Assembly: GCA_951406725.2 (NCBI GenBank)
Contig: OX597819.1
Coordinates: 81,096,001 to 81,160,000, forward strand
DNA length: 64,000 nt
Source: Octopus vulgaris
Taxonomy: Eukaryota
Direction: 5' to 3'
The notes under the pieces were generated by a model, which made no database searches, was not told the DNA's origin, and saw nothing but the letters and a program-made list of their open reading frames with translations. Positions 26,622 to 38,953 of the stretch are shown piece after piece. The position numbers and the translations under genes were made by a program. Position 1 is the stretch's first letter. Each line of letters begins with the position of its first letter.

Positions 26622-27300
26622 GTGTTTTAAATAAAATGAGACAACAAAGCCAAGGCAGTGTGAAATTTCGAGGACATTCTATAAAGAGAAAGGTAGTCTT
26701 ACAGCTGTTTCAGGGATATAAAAGATATCCCATCATCAGAGACGATATAAGAGACTTAAATTGAAGGACGTAGTAGAGATCAGTATAAGAAGTTATTTTG
26801 GAAAGGGAGAGACATAGGAAGTATAAAGGGAAATATAAGAATAAAAATAAAAATATATGTTGGATGTTAAACTTTAAACTTGTCGTTCCATTATCCAAAT
26901 AATGTTTTGTGTAGAATGGGTAAAAAGGCTTCTTGTCCATGGTATGTAAGTTCCGGTGGGTGTTTATATTTTGTTCATTCATTTGTAATAACGAAATATG
27001 AACTCATGCCGGAACTTACATGCTATGGACAAAAAAATTTTTTTACCCATTCTACACAACACACATATTTTTATTTTTATTCTTATATTTCCCTTTATAC
27101 TTTCTATATCTCTCCCTTTCCAAAATAACTTATTATATTGAACTCTACTACTTCCTTCTATTTAACTCTCTCATATCGCCCCCGATGATGGGATATCTTC
27201 TTTTATATCCCTGAATCAGCTGTAAGACTAATTTTCTCTTTATAAAATGTCCTAGAAATTCCACACTGCTTTGTCTTTGTTATCTCATTTTTATTTAACA
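26622..27300. mobile_element. Head-to-head inverted pair of a hammerhead-containing repeat
   Basis: About 26622-26975 is a diverged reverse complement of about 26990-27300, and each arm has a hammerhead. Confidence 0.8.
26696..26743 (-). ncRNA. Type I hammerhead ribozyme
   Basis: GUCU-CUGAUGA-U-GGGAUAU-CUUUU-AUAUCCC-U-GAAA-CAGCUG-UA-AGAC. Helix III is palindromic (ACAGCUGU). There is a U-U at the base of helix II. The mirror copy at 27178-27228 (+) has CCGAUGA/GAAU changes. Confidence 0.8.
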
Positions 27301-27428
27301 TATACACGTTCACCTGCTTTAGACTCCTCACTCTTACTGTTATCGAACCGGGAGTCTAACAGCGGTCCTTCCGTAGCACTTACATAGCCTTATACCTGCC
27401 TTTTGGATCTTCTGGATACCAAAAACCT

Positions 27429-27586
<158 letters not shown>

Positions 27587-27769
27587 TGTGTATGTATATA
27601 TGTATATATGTATGTATGTATATATTTATATATATATATATATATATATAGATATATACATACATACATATGTGTGTATATATATATACACAGACACACA
27701 CACACATATATATATATAGGTATGTTGATTCAAATACAAAAATAGTAGGACTCAATATATGAGAATATG

Positions 27770-27887
27770 TATATTTTTATTAATACTTAACGGAAGTATC
27801 AGATTGACAAGGTCCGAAGGTTTCATGAGTTGAAACTCTCGGACCTTCAATCACCGTGTTACTTCTACTAAATATTAATAAATATAT
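27770..27887. repeat. Imperfect palindrome of about 115 bp between microsatellites
   Basis: AAGGTCCGAAGGTTTCA / TGAAACTCTCGGACCTT inner stem, with outer TATTAATA and GAAGTA/TACTTC pairings. Confidence 0.65.
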
Positions 27888-27900
27888 CTGTGTGCGTGTA

Positions 27901-27974
<74 letters not shown>

Positions 27975-28172
27975 TTTGCATCGTGAAGCTTTTTATACAC
28001 ATACAGACACATACGTACATATATATACATGCACCCATGTATAAGCATACATACCTATTTGTATATTTCTGTATGTGCGTATAAATGGATGATGTATTTA
28101 TGCATATATGTGTATGTTTGTATATATGTGTTTAAACAGTATATCTATACATATACGTATGTAAATATGTGT

Positions 28173-28218
<46 letters not shown>

Positions 28219-29227
28219 GTGCGTGTGTGTATGTGCGCATGTGTGTGACTTTGAGTGTATGTATGTATTACGTATACACGTCCTAACTGCCCACCTCTCT
28301 GTACCAGTTTCAGTTTTAGCCATAAATTGAGTGTTTTAAGTTATGAGCTAATGTACGTAAAAACCGAAACCTTGACCGCCTATCTTAAATATATAAAATG
28401 ATGTATACAAAAACATGTAACGTGTATGAGCGCATGTGTACATCGGTTTGTGCTTGTGTGTACATATATAGATATTCGTATGTGTGTGTGTGAGTGTGTG
28501 TGTTGGCAAGGGATAAAAGTATTGTGCAAGAGGAATATGCCAATTTTGGTGCATTGGGAATTCTTGTCACGTTTGAAATTTGTATTATGCATGTAAATGG
28601 GAGCTGTACTGGGCGGATTGAAGATAATTTACTCGCTTCTTCTATCAGTCGTTACTGCCGTTGGTGGCTGCCACTCGCTACATAATGGATATACTTCCAG
28701 GCAGTTCCAGCCACTTGTTAATAGCAATTAACACACTCAGCAGCCAATTTCTAATACCAGTAATCCAACTGGCCTGTGTTTGCTGACAGCTCAAGGGTAA
28801 TCACAAGTGTGTCATATTCCATATTTTTATCATTCACTTTCACTGAGTTTTCGGTTCTTTTTTGGAATAACTTAAGAATATTCCCATTGTTTAGCTTTAT
28901 CAAATCTAATACAACTACTGCCTCTTTCGAAAAATGATAGAATATTGTTCTTCGATTAATCTTGAGTTACTAATTAAATGTAATACAAGCTATACTCTAA
29001 CCACTTTTTTTTGATATATGCTTTGTAGACCATAGTTATAAATTTGCGTTTTGAAAGAAACGGCTATTTTTCTTTCCCAGAACATTCTAGTGAATTTTCC
29101 TATGTAGCTTTTTCTTTTCCGTGTTTATTTTCTTTTCTTTTCATTCATTTTTTGTGGGGGTTTTTCCCCTTTTTTTTATATTTTTAAGGCTTCTTATTTT
29201 GAATAAAGCATTTTTATTATCACTATT

Positions 29228-29375
29228 TGTAGTAGTAGTAGTAGTAGTAGTAGAAGTAGTAGTAGTAGTAGTGGTAGTAGTCGCAGCAGCAGTATCATCA
29301 TCATCATCATCATCATCCTCAGTTGTAGTAGTAGCAGCAGCAGTAGCAGTTGTATCGTCATCCTTATCATCAGCT

Positions 29376-29418
<43 letters not shown>

Positions 29419-29520
29419 CAGCAGTACTAGTAGCAGTAGTAGCAGCAGCAGCGGTAGTAGTATCATCATCATCACCATCAGCATTATCAGCTGTAGTAGT
29501 AGTAGTAGCAGTTGTAGTTT
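29228..29520. repeat. Compound (GTA)n/(TCA)n/(GCA)n microsatellite
   Basis: Direct reading. Confidence 0.95.
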
Positions 29521-29968
29521 TTGTGGTCTTTGTTATTTAGCACCACGACAGCCCTAATAGAGCTTTCACTTCGAACTTTATGTATTCAGAACTGCCTTTA
29601 GACTGCTCTTCACCAGCTTTCATTCGGCGAAGGACTTACATTTTATATTCAAACGTTTTAACTCAACGTAATTTCCTCTTATCAGATATGACATATTTTT
29701 CTGTACTTTAATTATTAAACAATATTTTTAAAGTGGCGAGCTGGCAGAATCGTTAGCACTTCGGACAATATGCCTAACAGCATTTCTTCCGATTTTACAT
29801 TCTCAGTTCAAATAACGCCGCGATCGACATTACCTACATTCCTTTCGAAGTCGATGAAATAAGTATCAATTGAGCAGTGGGAGCGATGTAATTGAATAGC
29901 CCCACCTACCCACCCCACGTGCTCTACAAAGTGGTCAAGCCTATAGTAAAAAGAATTATTGAACAATA

Positions 29969-30002
<34 letters not shown>

Positions 30003-30095
30003 GTATTCAAATTAGGGACTCATAGAGTAACTGCTGCATTTGTTGAGTATATAAACAGTTTGGTTACTTTTTCCCTGGAGATTGTCAGAATGATG

Positions 30096-30149
30096 TGAAT
30101 ACCTCTGATGAGAACCCAGTAAGGTTCGAAAATCTATTAAGGTTGTTCA
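30096..30149 (+). ncRNA. Minimal type I hammerhead ribozyme
   Basis: UGAAU-ACCU-CUGAUGA-GAACC-CAGUAA-GGUUC-GAAA-AUCUAU-UA-AGGU-U-GUUCA. Lies in an about 210-bp insert between microsatellites. Helix III is weak. Confidence 0.75.
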
Positions 30150-30234
30150 TTTTTTTTTCTGTCGGTGGAGAAATGGCTAAAATTTGCCCTGTCTATAAAT
30201 ATACCATATGTTACACACACACACACACACACAC

Positions 30235-30266
<32 letters not shown>

Positions 30267-30399
30267 ATATATATATTTCCATTTCCTGAGCGCCTATTAA
30301 TAATAATACTGTAATTGTTCCATTGTTGCTGTTTTTTTGTTTTCCCGTTTGGATTAAAATTATATATATATATATGGATATACATATGTATATACGTAT

Positions 30400-31690
30400 A
30401 TAAATTATAAATATTATCGCAATACTTGTTATTTTCCAGCACCGTGAAGGTAAAATTATAAATAGAAAATAGTGGTACAAGTAGGCACCAATGTTTGCTG
30501 GAAATAGCAGTCGATAACATTACGACGCTGAGTAAAGCTTCACTGAATGTATATTGGCGAAGATTGTGCGGGCAGCAAATATAAAAAATTTCGTTTTACA
30601 TCTAATAAGAACACCAGATAGATGGACAAGCTAGAGTGGATAATCTAGCGCTCGAGTTTCGAACTTTCCTAATATGCCTGTTATCGTAAATTCGGTTAGT
30701 CCTCATCTGCTAGGTTCACCAGAGACGAAATTTTAAAATAGTCGTTACACCAGTGCCAATATATTCGATTGAACGCCTAGCCGTAAACAGAACCGAGATT
30801 AGTGAAAAAGTTTTATATAAAAACTAGCAGTATCGCCCGGCGTTGCTCGGGTTTGTAAAGGAAATAACTATGTAAGCATTTTTAGAGAGTTATAGCCAAA
30901 AAAATAGCAAAATGTGGGAGTAGTTAGGAATCTAAATCGTAGGAGACAGACACACAACTTCACTTTTATATATAAAGATTATAAATATTATTGTAATACA
31001 ATAGTATTATTTTCCAGCTAAATAAAGCACTGTAAAGGTAGAATTATAAATAGATAATAGTGTTACAACAAGGCACCAATGAGTCGATAACAGTACGACA
31101 CTATGTAAAGCTTTACTGACAAAAATGTGTGCGGCAACGAGTATAAAAAATTCTCGTCTTACCTCTAGTAAGAAAATCAGAAAAATGGACAACCTAGAGT
31201 GGATAATCTAGTACTCGAGTTTAGGACTTTCCTAATGCATCTGTTATCATAAGTTTGGTTAGTCCTCATCAGCTAGATTCACCGGAAATGAAATTTAGCT
31301 AAAAATAATACTATTGTATTGCAATAATATTTATAATTTCTATATAATATTTTTTCACTGATCTCGGTTCTGTTTACGGCTTGGCGTTCAGCCGAATATA
31401 CTGGTATTGATGTAACGAATATTCTAAAATTTCGTCTCCGGTGAATCTAGCTGATGTACTAACCGAATTTACAGGCGTATTAGGAAAGTCCGAAACTCGA
31501 GTATTAGAGTATCCACTCTAGGTTATCCATCTATCTGGTATTCCTACTGGAGGTAAGGCGAACATTTTTTATATTCGTTACCTGCACACATCTTTGTCAG
31601 TATACATTCAGTGAAGCTTTACTCAGCGTCGTACGGTTACCGACTGCTATTTCTAACAAACACTGATGCCTTATTCTACCACTATTTTAT
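30400..31690. mobile_element. Array of an about 410-bp hammerhead-containing unit: about 1.7 tandem copies (-) plus one inverted copy (+)
   Basis: Units at 30400-30823, 30979-31296 and (inverted) 31297-31690. Hammerheads at 30642-30716(-), 31205-31279(-) and 31444-31510(+). Confidence 0.85.
30824..30978 (-). mobile_element. Complete 155-bp non-autonomous Helitron
   Basis: Minus strand A|TCTTTATATATAAAAG...CCCGAGC-AAC-GCCGGG-CGATACTG-CTAG|T, with no TSD. Removing it restores the host repeat as seen in the inverted copy. Confidence 0.9.
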
Positions 31691-31693
31691 ACA

Positions 31694-31727
<34 letters not shown>

Positions 31728-31751
31728 CATATACATATATTTATATATATA

Positions 31752-31822
<71 letters not shown>

Positions 31823-31826
<4 letters not shown>

Positions 31827-32436
31827 ATAATAACAAAGGGTAAAATTACTTAATTAACTAGTAATCAATAAATAATTTCACCAAAGTAGAATTCGGCATG
31901 AAAAAGGACCATTTCTCTGTAAACCTAAGTAATATTTTATAATTAGGGTTCAGCAAAGATTTGCTTTACCACATACCGAAGTTTAGAAATAGCAGCCAAA
32001 GAGCCTTAGCTATTTCCTCTACTTTAAAAAGAGACTCCCGGACAAAAACAAAGTACTTGAAAACAACCCACGTAGGCAGAGAGGAAAAATAACGAAACTC
32101 AATCGGTATTTGATTACCTATGGACGCGTTTCGGAATTAGATCAGTATAAAGAATGTAGAATTTATACTTTACCCAAACATTTTCCTCTTCAGCATGGGA
32201 CTTCACAATATTAAATCCGAAAGCACTGGAAGAATTGAATATACCTCCCCAACTAACAGTATCAGACAGATCATATTCAACGTCCAGTACCGCCGAATTC
32301 AAAACATACTTGCCCATCCACGTGTGTTGTCAAGTAAAAATACGACAGAAAAAATCTGTAGTTTATTATCAGGGAGAAAATTATATTATCAATAATAACA
32401 AAGGGTAAAATTACTTAATTAACTAGTAATCAATAA
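31823..32436 (-). mobile_element. 565-bp hammerhead monomer plus about 49-bp terminal direct repeat, abutting (TA)n
   Basis: ATCAATAATAACAAAGGGTAAAATTACTTAATTAACTAGTAATCAATAA occurs at 31823-31871 and 32388-32436. Confidence 0.85.
32117..32199 (-). ncRNA. Type I hammerhead ribozyme with extended helix II
   Basis: CCCAUG-CUGAAGA-GGAA...(AGUAUAAA/UUUAUACU inner stem)...UUCC-GAAA-CGCG-UC-CAUAGG. Helix III is palindromic (ACGCGU) and the triplet is GUC. Confidence 0.85.
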
Positions 32437-32556
32437 TTGCTGCATAAAAAATCTCTTGGCTGGAGGAAAGGTTCGTGATCCACTTATATACATACACTTA
32501 TTTCGGTTAGTGACTTATTTGCGAATATACCAACACTAGCGCCGCTGAGGGTAATA

Positions 32557-32830
32557 TTCTCTGGGAATGCACATAAGCCCTTTTCAGAGTTATTTACTTT
32601 GAATTGTTATTAACTCATACCTGATTAGCCTGTTATTACGTAACATGCTTCACGATTTTAGTATGCCTACCTTATTAGTATTCCCTCATAAGTTCTATAT
32701 ACTCTGGGAACGCTTTAAAGCCCTTTTCTGGGCTACTTTATTTGAATTCTTACTGTCGGGTAACTAATTTCATGTTATTACATAACTGACTTCACAATTT
32801 GGATATTCATAACTTGCTGTGAATTCTTAA
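32557..32830. repeat. Diverged tandem duplication of about 144 bp
   Basis: CTCTGGGAA...AAGCCCTTTTC...TTTGAATT recurs at about 32559 and 32702. Confidence 0.6.
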
Positions 32831-33002
32831 AAACAAGATCCTGTGTAAGACAGTTTGGCATTCCCTGTAAATGCAGAGAAACCGTTTTAAGGGTCACATA
32901 CTTTGTATTGTTGTTATTGGATTAGCGAAACAATTATGAGAACGGAATCAAGGGATAGGACCCGATTTCCCGGAAAATTACTAATATACATGCATACATA
33001 CA

Positions 33003-33034
<32 letters not shown>

Positions 33035-33045
33035 CATACATACAT

Positions 33046-33125
<80 letters not shown>

Positions 33126-33332
33126 ATAAGATCGTTATTTAAATACCGATCTTATCAGGTGGCCAGCATGTGTATAAACCTTCAAAGGTAATGATTATTA
33201 TTAAAATAACACCCGCTAGTTTATTTTGTCTTCTCTTCTGGTACTGGATGAACATTTAATGTCGTTTTAGAGTCAAGTTTTGGCTGCTATTTCCAGCGTG
33301 GTAGTATCTCTTAGATACATTAATTATATACT

Positions 33333-33366
<34 letters not shown>

Positions 33367-33378
33367 GGTGTGTGTGTG

Positions 33379-33409
<31 letters not shown>

Positions 33410-33532
33410 AGAAATATCAATACATATTTATTGAACTATATGTAAGAAAATCTATCTATGGTAAACTCCAATGTTAATACAGTGTGTATACACACATACA
33501 CACACATACATATTTACGTATACACATACCCA

Positions 33533-33563
<31 letters not shown>

Positions 33564-34926
33564 CTGTCTGTCTGTCTGTCTGTTTGTGTCCGCTTGTGTG
33601 CTTGAGTAGCTATAAATTATAAATGTGCATGTACTAAACGAATTTATATATTGAAAATCGTTATATTAGCAACACGAAAGCTAAGATAAGTTCTGCAACT
33701 AACTAAAAGTTTTGAATTTATTGATACAATTGTTAAAACTCAAGTGAATTAGGTGAAACTGTCTTGCTGTATGTATGAAAGACTGAATCCACTGCTGTCG
33801 TAGGTAGGAATTTATCCCACCTTGTCGCTCTATATTTCTTTAGTTCTTCTTCCCAATGTATTTCTCTGTCACCGACATGATTTATTTAACTAGTGTTCTT
33901 CGCTAGCAGACTGCTATGGAGCTTCTTACTTTTCTTTTACTGAGTTCATTCTCTCAATAAGTTTTCGTTGATAAAAGTGTCCACAAGTTAATTAAACGAA
34001 CTGTTTAAGCGACACATCACATCGTAGTGTCCGAAAATTCAATCATAACTATTTACTGAAGACTTGTCGAAAACGGCAGAAGCCATGTTAAAGCCAGCAC
34101 GCATTTATTATCTTCGCAGCACGTTATTGAGTAGAGCACAAGAACATTTGTACATTGCAATTCTTCTTGGAGTTGAATGTCACGAATGTTTACGGCTGCT
34201 AATATATTTGTAAAATGGATGAATATTGTTTAGAAAATTGTTGTTGCTGCTTATATAAACATTTCTGGCCTTTTTGTCATCGATATGACTTTTCTTTTTC
34301 TTATAACAGATAAATGCAATAAGTATATGTTTTGTTTCCTTTTTTTTCCCTTTTGATTTTTGCTTTCGAAAACCTATTTTTGCTACACCAACAAGAGAAA
34401 GCACAGATATACAAGATTCACTAGACTTGTAATGGTTTTTATTGTTTATTGGCATATGTTAAAAAGTGCTACAACTATGATCACTCCGTCCCATCCAAGA
34501 ATACAATGTAGCATGTATCCATTCTCACACATTTTTTTAAGACAGTTAAAATATAATTTCAGGGAGATTTAACACTTATTTTCACATGTAGCACTTTCGT
34601 TTTCTTGTTTGATAGTAGTTTTAAACTCATGAACACAAAATTTAAAATGTCAGAAAATATAGATGAAGTGAATTTTTTCTTCTTTTTCTTTACATGAGAC
34701 TTACATTAGCTGACACTTTCTTAATGTTAACAGATCAACTGCTATTGATCTGAGATTACATGACAACACCAAATTTTACTTCGAACCAAAGAAGGAAGGC
34801 AACTGCATGAGTGTGAGATGTAGGATATAGCAGCAAAATTTCCCACAAATCACATCCTAGCGGTTTAAATTAGGATACAGTGCATTTCAAAATGTAGTGC
34901 CACATATGCTAACAAGCCAAGTAATA

Positions 34927-34968
<42 letters not shown>

Positions 34969-34999
34969 CATATATATAAGAGTAAAGTTATCGTCTCGA

Positions 35000-35185
35000 G
35001 TCATACCAACTCATAAGGGCCTGTTACCTGGGAGTATAAATTTCACAACTGGACGGGAAGCCAGCTGAGTGCACTGGAGCAAGGTGAAAAAGAAGTATTT
35101 TCCTCAAGAACACAACGCGCCGCCCGGTCCAGGAATTGAAACCACATTCTTACGATCAGGAGTCCGACACCTTAACCACTAAGCT
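35000..35185 (-). mobile_element. SINE family C
   Basis: CTCAAGAACACAACGCGCCGCCCGGTCCAGGAATTGAAACC...AACCACTAAGC. Confidence 0.75.
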
Positions 35186-35225
35186 ACGCTAGATAGAAAG
35201 ATAGATAGATATACATTATACATGC

Positions 35226-35282
<57 letters not shown>

Positions 35283-35413
35283 TAGAGAAAGAAGAGAAAA
35301 AGAAAGGGAGCATGAAAGAGAGAGGGGGAGAGAGAAAGAGGGTCAAACATATATCTATGTATATGTGCATGTGTAAATGATGACACACAAATACACACAT
35401 ACATGCACATACG

Positions 35414-35456
<43 letters not shown>

Positions 35457-35893
35457 ACACGCACATAACGATATATGCTTGCATGAAGGTATGCGCGCGT
35501 ACAAATAGGGAACAAAGTTTGAGATACTAAATTAAATAACTCACAAAATTAAATATGTGTGCATGTTCGACTCGTTCACGAGTCACGAATGTTGTCTTCA
35601 TGATTGTTTTTAATATAAACGATTCGCTCCACAGCTTTTTCCAATAATCGAGTTTATGTAGTTTCCCATATTCGATAAGAAAACTCCCCTTATCGAAATT
35701 TTGTACCGATTCGAATCCCATTGGAGGTCTAGTTCTGGCTTGTTCGAATCATATCATTCATTGTAAGGTACTTCATTACTATCACTTCTCCCCGGGAGCG
35801 AGTTCATATCTCGTCTCTGACTAATGACGTCGAAATCGTGAGATTTGTGGATTGGATTGCAAATGTGTACACACATATATAAGAAAAGATATA

Positions 35894-37180
35894 TTGGGTT
35901 GGCAACTAAGTTCCCGCCGTTTTTTAAAATTAAAATATTTTAAAAGGTTTAATAAAAGATAACAACTAATTAATCAAGAATGTATTCACCCTTGTTGTTT
36001 ACAACTTCTTCCCAGCATTCAACAAGATTTTCAATACCTCGTTGGTAGAAATCACCCGAATTCGACTCGAAAAATTGACCCAAGTTCTCAATTCTGCATC
36101 AGTATTGAACGAAACTCCGCGCATAGCATTTGAAAGAGATCGAAAGAGGTGGAAATCCGTTGGGGCCAAATCAGGAGAGTACGGCGGGTGTGGCAGCGCT
36201 CCCCAGCCATGCGTTTGAATGGCTTTCTTGGTCTTATTGGCGATATGAGGGCAGGCGTTGTCGTGCAGCAGAACTCCATGCTGCCGATTAGATCTTTTCT
36301 CTTGAATAGCCGTGTTGAGTCGTTCCATTGGTCGAACACAGAATTCTGCGTTGACCGCTCGGTTCCGTTCAAGCAATTCGTAGTGGATAATCCCTCCCCA
36401 GCCCCACCATATGCACAGCATCGTTTTACGCGGATGATCTTGTTTCACACGCGGTGTCGCTTGTTTACCGGGTGTAAACCATTCCTTACGCTGCTTCATA
36501 TTAGTGTACAGGCACCATTTTTCGTCGCCAGTGACGATTCGGTAAAGAAATCGTTGCTTGTGTCCGTGAGTTTAGCGGTGATGAGTAAGCAAACCAGAGG
36601 AGATTGTGGAGATTGTGGCCCGTTTATTTTTGTTGTTGTCATTTAAAGCATGCGGAACTCATGCCCCATACTTCTGAACCTTTCCCATCGAGTGAAGATG
36701 CTTCTCTATAGCAGTGTGGGAGAATTCCATTTTCTCTGCCAGTTCCCTTGTCGTTTGACGGGAATTTTCGTGCAAAAGTTGGTTTAATCACTCTTCATCG
36801 AACTCAACTGGATGGCCAGAACGAGGTGCATCTTTGAGTTCAAAATGTCCATTTTTGAACTTGTTATACTAATCACGCGCGATTCTTTCAGCTATGACAC
36901 CTTCACTATACGCAGCACAAATGTCGCGAGCAGCTTTTGCGGCCTTAGAACCTTGATTAAAAGCAAAAAGAAGGAAGTATCGAAAATGCTCGTTTTTCTT
37001 AACTTGACATTCCATTTTAATGATCTGAAAATAAACAAAAATTAAATTAACTAGGAAAAAAAAAAAAGATTCCAAAATGATTCAAAAATAGAATTCTCGA
37101 AAAAATAGATTCCAAAATTTAAAAACGCAATAAATTCCAAAATTTTTTTTTAAATGGTAGTAACTTAATTGCCAACCCAA
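35894..37180 (-). mobile_element. Full-length mariner transposon (1287 bp), mellifera-subfamily-like TIR
   Basis: TIRs TTGGGTTGGCAACTAAG / CTTAATTGCCAACCCAA, with TA on both sides (35892-35893, 37181-37182). Confidence 0.92.
35970..37015 (-). pseudogene. Mariner DD34D transposase with stops and frameshifts
   Basis: MECQVKKNEHFRYFLLFAFNQGSKA..., VPHAL, IVTGDEKW, LHDNACPH, HPPYSPDLAPTDFHLF, ending GEYILD*. Confidence 0.92.
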
Positions 37181-37386
37181 TAAATAATGGTTATTACATA
37201 TTTTTTCTTTATTGTAATAAATTTGACTTATAGCTGTATCTTGTAGTCATTATAGATTTATTTTTGGTAAGTTTACACACACACACACATATATATACGA
37301 GCATAGTGGCTTGCTACCCAATCACATGGTTTCGGGTTCAGTCCCACTGCGTGGCATCTTGAGCAACTATATGAAAGAAGTCCGTC

Positions 37387-37487
<101 letters not shown>

Positions 37488-38565
37488 CATATATATATAT
37501 AACATATAAAATGGAGATATGTGCGTATTCACTTTTCATGCGAAAACGGTTTCACCAATTCCTTTCATATTTGTGATGAACGAATAATTTGACTTCAGAC
37601 AAATAATAGGCTGTACATTTGATTCTTTTTTTTATTAACAATTATTAAAAATGAAAGATCTTGCTTTTTATATTACATTCCCGTCTTTGAAAGCTTTTAA
37701 AATATTTACTTCCGGTTTTCTAGCATTAGTGACATAACCTATTTCTTTATGCATATCTATGTATCCATGTTTCTCTATCTCTCTGTAACATATCTATCTA
37801 TATCCCACTATATATATCTTCTTATTTTGACTGTCATTTTTCAGACGCTATTCTTTTCACTTTCGATTTTCATACGCCATTATTTAACTTCCATATTATT
37901 GTTTTCACTGTAAGTTGAAGTTTTCAATAGCTATTTAAAAACAACGACAAATTACAGAAAGAAGTTTACAATTACTGATGTAAGTAATTTCATAATTTAC
38001 TGACAGAAGTATCTTCATAAATTTCAGTTCAATCCATACAGTCTTGTGTTTTTCTGTTGTTGACAGTTTCTTTCTGGTTCCTTCGATACTTCACTGACTG
38101 ACAAATTTCGCTTCAACTCGTACAATACTTTATTTTCCGTTAAAATTTATTTATTTTCTGCCCGTCGTATGAAGAAACATAATTTCTGTTACCAAGTTAT
38201 TTTCATCTTTACTATCTTCTGCACTCGTGTATTTCTGTATACATATATAAACATGCGTAGAAGGAAAGTATCAAATTTGTCGGGATAACTAGAGACTTTG
38301 GATGATCATAAGTTTCAGAAAAATGGATATTTTTAATTTTATAAGAATATGTGTTATATCATATAGATTCCAAATATACAAAATGTCGAGGGGTATGCGT
38401 TTTAGGAGGGGGTAGGGTGGGGAATCTCTGAAAATTCACCGGTGTCCACTTGAATTCGTCTTAACTTTCAAGAAAATGGATATTTTAAAATGAAATTCTC
38501 TACAAATATACCTCGGACTATGTAGATTCTGTGGACAGAGGAATTTTCGGAGAAAATAATTGGAT

Positions 38566-38877
38566 ACGTTATTTACATTTGACGGATATTTGTCCTCATC
38601 TTGTTAACACAACATTCCGGCTGATATACCCTCCAGCCTTCATTAGGTGTCTTGGGGAAATTTCGAACCTGGATTCTCATTCTCGGAATCTTGGTGTTAG
38701 TAGCCCGCGCTCCAAACCACTACGCCATATGCCCGTGGGCAATTATGGAATGAATTTTAGGGGTTATAAATCTAATATTTTCCTATGCTTCCTTAATACC
38801 GGTTCCCATATGCTATTCATATCTGCACTCAGTCTGCTTAGGAGGTTGTTGTGTCCTAGCATATGTGCTGCACATTT
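38566..38877 (-). mobile_element. Penelope-like 3' fragment: ORF end, tRNA-like head and hammerhead
   Basis: AAHMLGHNNLLSRLSADMNSIWEPVLRKHRKILDL* (38764-38877), A-box TGGCGTAGTGG (about 38717-38727), and a degenerate hammerhead at 38607-38650. Confidence 0.6.
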
Positions 38878-38887
38878 CAGGCAGTGA

Positions 38888-38953
<66 letters not shown>

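Noticed and set aside
31983-31995. TAGAAATAGCA resembles part of the Cas9 sgRNA scaffold
   Set aside because: Short coincidental match. There are no repeat-spacer arrays or cas genes and the context is eukaryotic.
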